A stretch of 63,510 bases of DNA, filler included. It is 10 parts of 10 records of this genome, joined end to end, with 100 filler letters (N's around TTAATTAATTAA, not from the genome) between each part and the next. Parts side by side here need not be neighbours in the genome. Positions count along the whole stretch, not along the records: positions 55,814 to 59,847 come from SRR7504441_5522; positions 59,948 to 63,510 come from SRR7504441_5527; 8 more parts are not named here. One strand, given 5' to 3'. The translations under genes were made by a program, and so were the position numbers. This document shows, in pieces, positions 59,380 through 63,510 of the stretch. Every line of letters begins with the position of its first letter. Within the stretch, counting starts at the first letter, position 1. Under the pieces are notes generated by a model. It was not told the DNA's origin. It saw only the letters and a list, made by a program, of their open reading frames with translations, and did not search any database.

Positions 59380-59847
59380 ATGTCCAGCGGCCCGCTCAAC
59401 ATCTCGTCGCGACCCCGGCGGCGGCCGGCCCGCAAGCCCAGGCAGCCTGTCTCTGGACCGGGAACGCCCGAACGATTCCGCAGCGAGGACGAATCGGAGG
59501 GCTCGATTGAAGACCTGGACGTTCCTCAGCTGTCGCAGTCAGTCCAGGCGTCCAACCTCGGGTCAGCCCCGCCAGCAGCTCGACCCCTGGATGAATCGGA
59601 GGATGAAGAAGACGAGGAGGACGGAATTCAAAACAGCTTACACCGTCGAAGAATGGTTTCGTGGTTGTTGAGGCTGCCGTGGTATCAGAGGAGGAACGTA
59701 ACGCCAGGCTGCAACGAACTGTGGCAGCAATCAAGGCGAAGCGAGTGGTGCTTGCACAGGAACAGACAATCCCAGTCAAGCTGACTGTGATGATCTTGCA
59801 GTGCGACGGTCTCCAGGTTTAAGATTCGAATTGCCCCTTTTCTGATG
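59380..59847 (+). CDS. Hypothetical protein, 5' part (low-complexity acidic region), truncated
   Basis: ATG 59380; acidic S/E/D-rich ORF with probable short introns. Confidence 0.45.
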
Positions 59848-59947
59848 NNNNNNNNNNNNNNNNNNNNNNNNNNNNNNNNNNNNNNNNNNNNTTAATTAAT
59901 TAANNNNNNNNNNNNNNNNNNNNNNNNNNNNNNNNNNNNNNNNNNNN
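59848..59947. other. Artificial contig linker
   Basis: N44-TTAATTAATTAA-N44. Confidence 0.98.
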
Positions 59948-60023
59948 AGACAGTTTTGGCTCAAAGGGCTCGGGTGGGTGGTTCGCGCCGTCCGACGTGA
60001 AACGCTTGTTGGCTGCAAGGACA

Positions 60024-61491
60024 ATGCCGCTCAAGCGGATCTCGCTGACACGTAAGCTATGCCACACCATGCAGCAGCCGGCCGTGCGGGAGCTCTTCTC
60101 TATCCAGCCACTACTCACGCCTCAGCCCCGGCCGGCCCACGCTCCGCAGCCGTGCCCCATGGACGCGCTAGCTGCCCGGGCCCGGGTCAGCATAGAGCCG
60201 AGGGCCCAGGCGGGCATGACCATAGACGCACTAGCTGCCCAAAAGCCCACCCCCGTATCGCTCAACGAGCTCTACCTATTCGCGGCCGACCGGGAGCACC
60301 GGCGCGAGCACGCGGCCTTCTTGCACCACGAGCTGCCGATCCGCATGGCCAGGCTGGTGGCGGAGCTTGAGCGGTTGCCTTATGGGCTAGCCGAGAAGCC
60401 GCCCGTCCGCCAGGTGGCCGCGCTGTACGAGGATTATGTGCACAAGCTGCTCGAATTCGGGCCACCTGGAGGCCGGCAGGAGGAGTTTGCCCAAATGCTC
60501 CAGAGCCAATTCCTGGAGCAATCCCGGGTAATCGAGCGGATGGCTCAGGCAGTTCTAATGCTCAAAGAGGACGTGCGCCGGCACCCAACTGTCAGCTGGG
60601 CGGGCCAAGTGGAGCAGGACGTGATGGAGCTGTTCGATCGATTCTTCAGCGCCAGGATCGGACTCCGGTTGCTGATGGAGCAGCACTTCACCCCCCCGCG
60701 GTCCGAGGAGGGCTTTGCCGGGGTGCGCCGCGCAGTCGGGCGGCTGGCTGATGGGCTGGGCAGGTGATAGATCTCAAGTGCTCTCCCGAGCAAGTGGCGC
60801 AGCAGGCAATTGTGGACGCTAGGTTTCTGTGCGCCCAACACTGCGGGGCCGCTCCGGAAGTGACGCTGTACAGTGATCATCCCGGGCGGTGCCTGACCTA
60901 CATCCCAGCGCACATGCGGTACATGCTCTTGGAGTTGCTGAAGAATGCGCTCCGAGCAACCACCGAGAATCACCCGAATGGCGGGCTGCCCAGCGTTCAG
61001 GTGATGATCGTGCACGGGGACGAGGACGTCTGCATCAAGGTGTGCGACGAGGGTGGAGGCATTCCCAGGTCCGAGATAGGCGCGGTGACTCTCTGCTAAC
61101 TGCAGCGTGCACTGAGACTGGCGCAGGTCTGGACCTATTTGCATTCTTCAGCCAAGCGACCGCCGCTCGGGGCTGACCTGCGGACCGAGAACAGGCACCA
61201 GAAGCCCAAGCCGGCGCTCGCGGGTTACGGGATGGGATTGCCTCTCAGTAGTGCGCCGACCAGAGCCGCAGCTGTGTGATGTTTGGTGTAGGACTTTATG
61301 CGCAGTACTTTGGGGGCAACCTGGACATCAAGTCGATGGAGGGATTCGGGACCGACGCGTACCTGCACCTGTGCCGGCTCGGAGTGAACGAGGAGAACCT
61401 GCCGAGCGCTGATCACGAGCCAAACACGACTGAGACGTCTCTGGACTCATACAGTCAAGCGCTCGCTAAGAGCCTGAGCAGCCCGCAGTGA
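60024..61491 (+). CDS. Mitochondrial pyruvate / branched-chain ketoacid dehydrogenase kinase
   Basis: PTPVSL, ELPIRMA, DRFFSARIGLRLL, ELLKNALRAT, DEGGGIP, LAGYGMGLPLS|RLYAQYFGG, SMEGFGTD. Confidence 0.93.
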
Positions 61492-61766
61492 TGTACATGA
61501 CATTGCTTGCATACATAGACATATATACATAGAAAGGTTTTCCGTGAGAAGCTCCGGTCACTTACAAGTACGAGTAACTATAGATTTTATGATTGTACAG
61601 TCATACTTGTACTCATAATTATACCGTTACGCATTCGACTGGATCATACACGTACACTGACGTACAGTAGTCGGTCTGGTCTCTGGTCTGGTAACGGACG
61701 CTCGCGCTTTGTTTTTGCGTTTGTGGCTGAGAAGAGCTTGGCATTGCCCGAAGACCAGGTCAAGCA

Positions 61767-63510
61767 ATGTCGCCAGCTGCAGAGATGCTCGCGCTGGTGC
61801 TTTTGGTCGTGCTGCCGGCGTGGGGCGAGGAATGGACCAATGTGGGCAGCACGCCCGGGTCGAACACCACCCACCATTGCTCCAACAACACGGCCTGGGG
61901 GCTAGACAAGCGGTGCTGGATCACCTACCGGCCGCCGAATATCATAGAGCCGGCTAAGCTAGTGATCTTCCTGCACGGTTATCAGCCAACAGAAGACGTC
62001 GGGCTTCTCAAGTACGACGACCTGCGCTACGCCGGCTGGCGGCAGATCGCCGACGAGGAAGGATTTGTGCTCGTCCAGCCCGGGGGGCGGCGGCTGACCG
62101 AGGACAACATGCTACGCGACGAGGACTTCGCGTATACGAAGGCAAACAACCCGGACGACCAGGCGCTGGAAGGGAGCGTAACGGAGATCACGAATGCGAG
62201 TCTCGACAGGGCGTATAACGGTTGGGACGCCGGCATGTGCTGCATGAGGTGCGAGAATACAGAAATCTACAATAACACCATGGGGGGGGACGGGGGAGGC
62301 GGTGAGGAGGGCAAAGACAACTGCGACGTCCAATTCGTGGCGCATGTGGCCGAACAGGTGGCTGCCGAGTTGTCCATCAAGGAGCTGTCTCGACACGTCT
62401 ACTGGGCCGGCCATTCGACAGGCTGCATGCTGGCACAGCGGGTGGCAGTCGTGCGGCCAGATATAGTGGCGGCTGTTGGCTGCCACAGCGGCCTCTTGGC
62501 ACTGTCACCGTGCGAACTTGCGTCTTTGGAGCAAGCCGTAAAAGCTGAGCGCAAATACAAGCCCAAGCCCGTGATCCTGGTGCATGGTAATGCTGACACC
62601 ATAGTGCCTTTCGGCACGCAGGACCCGGACGACAGATTCTGGGAAGTGACCTTGGATCTTCAAAAGCCTCCGATTCGGCTGATCCCGAGAAACAATACAT
62701 GTACGGACATCAGCTTGGAGAACAAAATCAAGTACGGCGCATTCGAGAACTTGCTCCGATGGAAAGAGCAGAACAAGTGTACGGGTCCGAGGGTGACCCA
62801 CGCCTGCGGGTCGATGGAAAGAGAAGAACAACTTTACAGCATTCACAGCTTCTATGGGTGCGGTTACGATAGCAGTGACGCATCCGATCAGGTCGCTGTT
62901 CGGCTGGTGGAAGTGAAGGGTGCTGGGCATGTCCCGTTCTCACGCAAATATTTACCTCTTCCCTATAATCTCATTCCGACCCCCTGGCTCGAGGGCTACA
63001 CAGGCTTGGATCTGTTCGTGGATCTGGATACCACCGACATGGTCTGGCAGTTCATGAAGACATGGTCCGGCAACGACACAGAGGCCAAAGCCAAAGACGC
63101 GTTCGAGAGCGCCACCTGTCCGACGCCGCCAACGTCGCGGCTGCCTGGATCGTCTCTCGAGCGGCGCTGGGATGCGGACTGGATAGCGATATTGGACGTG
63201 CTGCTGGGCGCCGTCCTGATCGTGAGCCTCGTCTGGATCACGCTGGATGCGGCTACTCCTGCCCCCACCAGAGGGTTTGAGGACGCGCCACAGGACACGC
63301 TACAGGACAGCGTCGACCATGTGTTCACCAAGCTGCTCGGGATAGGCAAGGTGAAGGTGTTCAAGCGGCGGAGTGATAGCGAGGTCATGACGATCCAGAC
63401 GCTGGCACGCAGCACCGCTGAGGCGTATCACATGCTCCAAGTGCTCCACGCCACCAATGGTAGCACTGTGACACACATGCTGGTCCAGCAGCTCCAGGCC
63501 ACCAACTACA
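61767..63510 (+). CDS. PHB-depolymerase/LpqC-like esterase with signal peptide, TM helix and cytoplasmic tail; runs off the window (absent from the ORF track)
   Basis: My translation: MSPAAEMLALVLLVVLPAWG…LVIFLHG…IADEEGFVLVQP…WDAGMCC…AGHSTGCMLA…HGNADTIVP…GAGH…WQFM…TM (IAILDVLLGAVLIVSLVWI); no stop to the window end. Confidence 0.85.
   Translation, partial: MSPAAEMLALVLLVVLPAWGEEWTNVGSTPGSNTTHHCSNNTAWGLDKRCWITYRPPNIIEPAKLVIFLHGYQPTEDVGLLKYDDLRYAGWRQIADEEGFVLVQPGGRRLTEDNMLRDEDFAYTKANNPDDQALEGSVTEITNASLDRAYNGWDAGMCCMRCENTEIYNNTMGGDGGGGEEGKDNCDVQFVAHVAEQVAAELSIKELSRHVYWAGHSTGCMLAQRVAVVRPDIVAAVGCHSGLLALSPCELASLEQAVKAERKYKPKPVILVHGNADTIVPFGTQDPDDRFWEVTLDLQKPPIRLIPRNNTCTDISLENKIKYGAFENLLRWKEQNKCTGPRVTHACGSMEREEQLYSIHSFYGCGYDSSDASDQVAVRLVEVKGAGHVPFSRKYLPLPYNLIPTPWLEGYTGLDLFVDLDTTDMVWQFMKTWSGNDTEAKAKDAFESATCPTPPTSRLPGSSLERRWDADWIAILDVLLGAVLIVSLVWITLDAATPAPTRGFEDAPQDTLQDSVDHVFTKLLGIGKVKVFKRRSDSEVMTIQTLARSTAEAYHMLQVLHATNGSTVTHMLVQQLQATNY

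Noticed and set aside
9809-59947. Nine regularly structured N-TTAATTAATTAA-N blocks resembling a repeat array
   Set aside because: Artificial six-frame-stop linkers joining contigs; not biological, and gene adjacency across them is not evidence
59954-59964. TTTTGGCTCAA upstream of PDK, resembling the 3' end of the dinoflagellate spliced leader
   Set aside because: Only an 11-nt match, a single occurrence at a contig edge, and no such relic before other genes
2638-61491. In-frame stops and frame changes within conserved genes as an alternative genetic code, frameshifting or pseudogenes
   Set aside because: In the conserved genes I traced, each is resolved by a short GT/GC-AG intron; TAA, TAG and TGA all serve as normal terminators
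299-63415. Many long antisense or overlapping ORFs in the six-frame track (e.g. 4625-5443 +, 22143-23228 -, 43912-44895 -, 62996-63415 -)
   Set aside because: Shadow ORFs of GC-rich coding sequence; the opposite strand carries the recognisable protein motifs

Overview
Eukaryotic (protist-like) genomic DNA, not a prokaryotic locus. The window is ten unrelated contigs joined by artificial 100-nt linkers (N44-TTAATTAATTAA-N44), so neighbourhood across linkers is meaningless. The genome is very compact: GC-rich exons, AT-rich 3' intergenic tracts and divergent spacers often only ~50-400 nt. Housekeeping genes are split by tiny (~34-49 nt) spliceosomal introns that lack a polypyrimidine tract and often use AG|GC donors. 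About 35 genes or gene fragments were reconstructed by eye. They include RanBPM/GID1-like, PPP phosphatase-WD40, CG-1/CAMTA-like, SPX-RING, UDP-sugar pyrophosphorylase, PX-EF-RhoGEF, Kbl/BioF, DGAT2, CoA-transferase III, Met gamma-lyase-like, anoctamin, RCC1-BLOC1S4, RNase Z, TauD, SLC25 carrier, ketohexokinase, PDK and a PHB-depolymerase-like esterase. The most striking signals concern intron birth. (i) A 39-nt intron is built from a 19-bp duplication of exon sequence plus (TTAGGG)n telomeric repeats. (ii) A ketohexokinase gene has a similar AG|GT-duplicating 57-nt insertion with a fold-back. (iii) Both ends of one contig carry an identical 30-nt acceptor-like sequence in inverted orientation (introner or TIR candidate). 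There are also unusual domain fusions and recurrent intergenic motifs (YAACGG, TACATGTA, TACGAGTA). Gene models and family calls come from motif recognition only; no searches were run and the lineage cannot be assigned.
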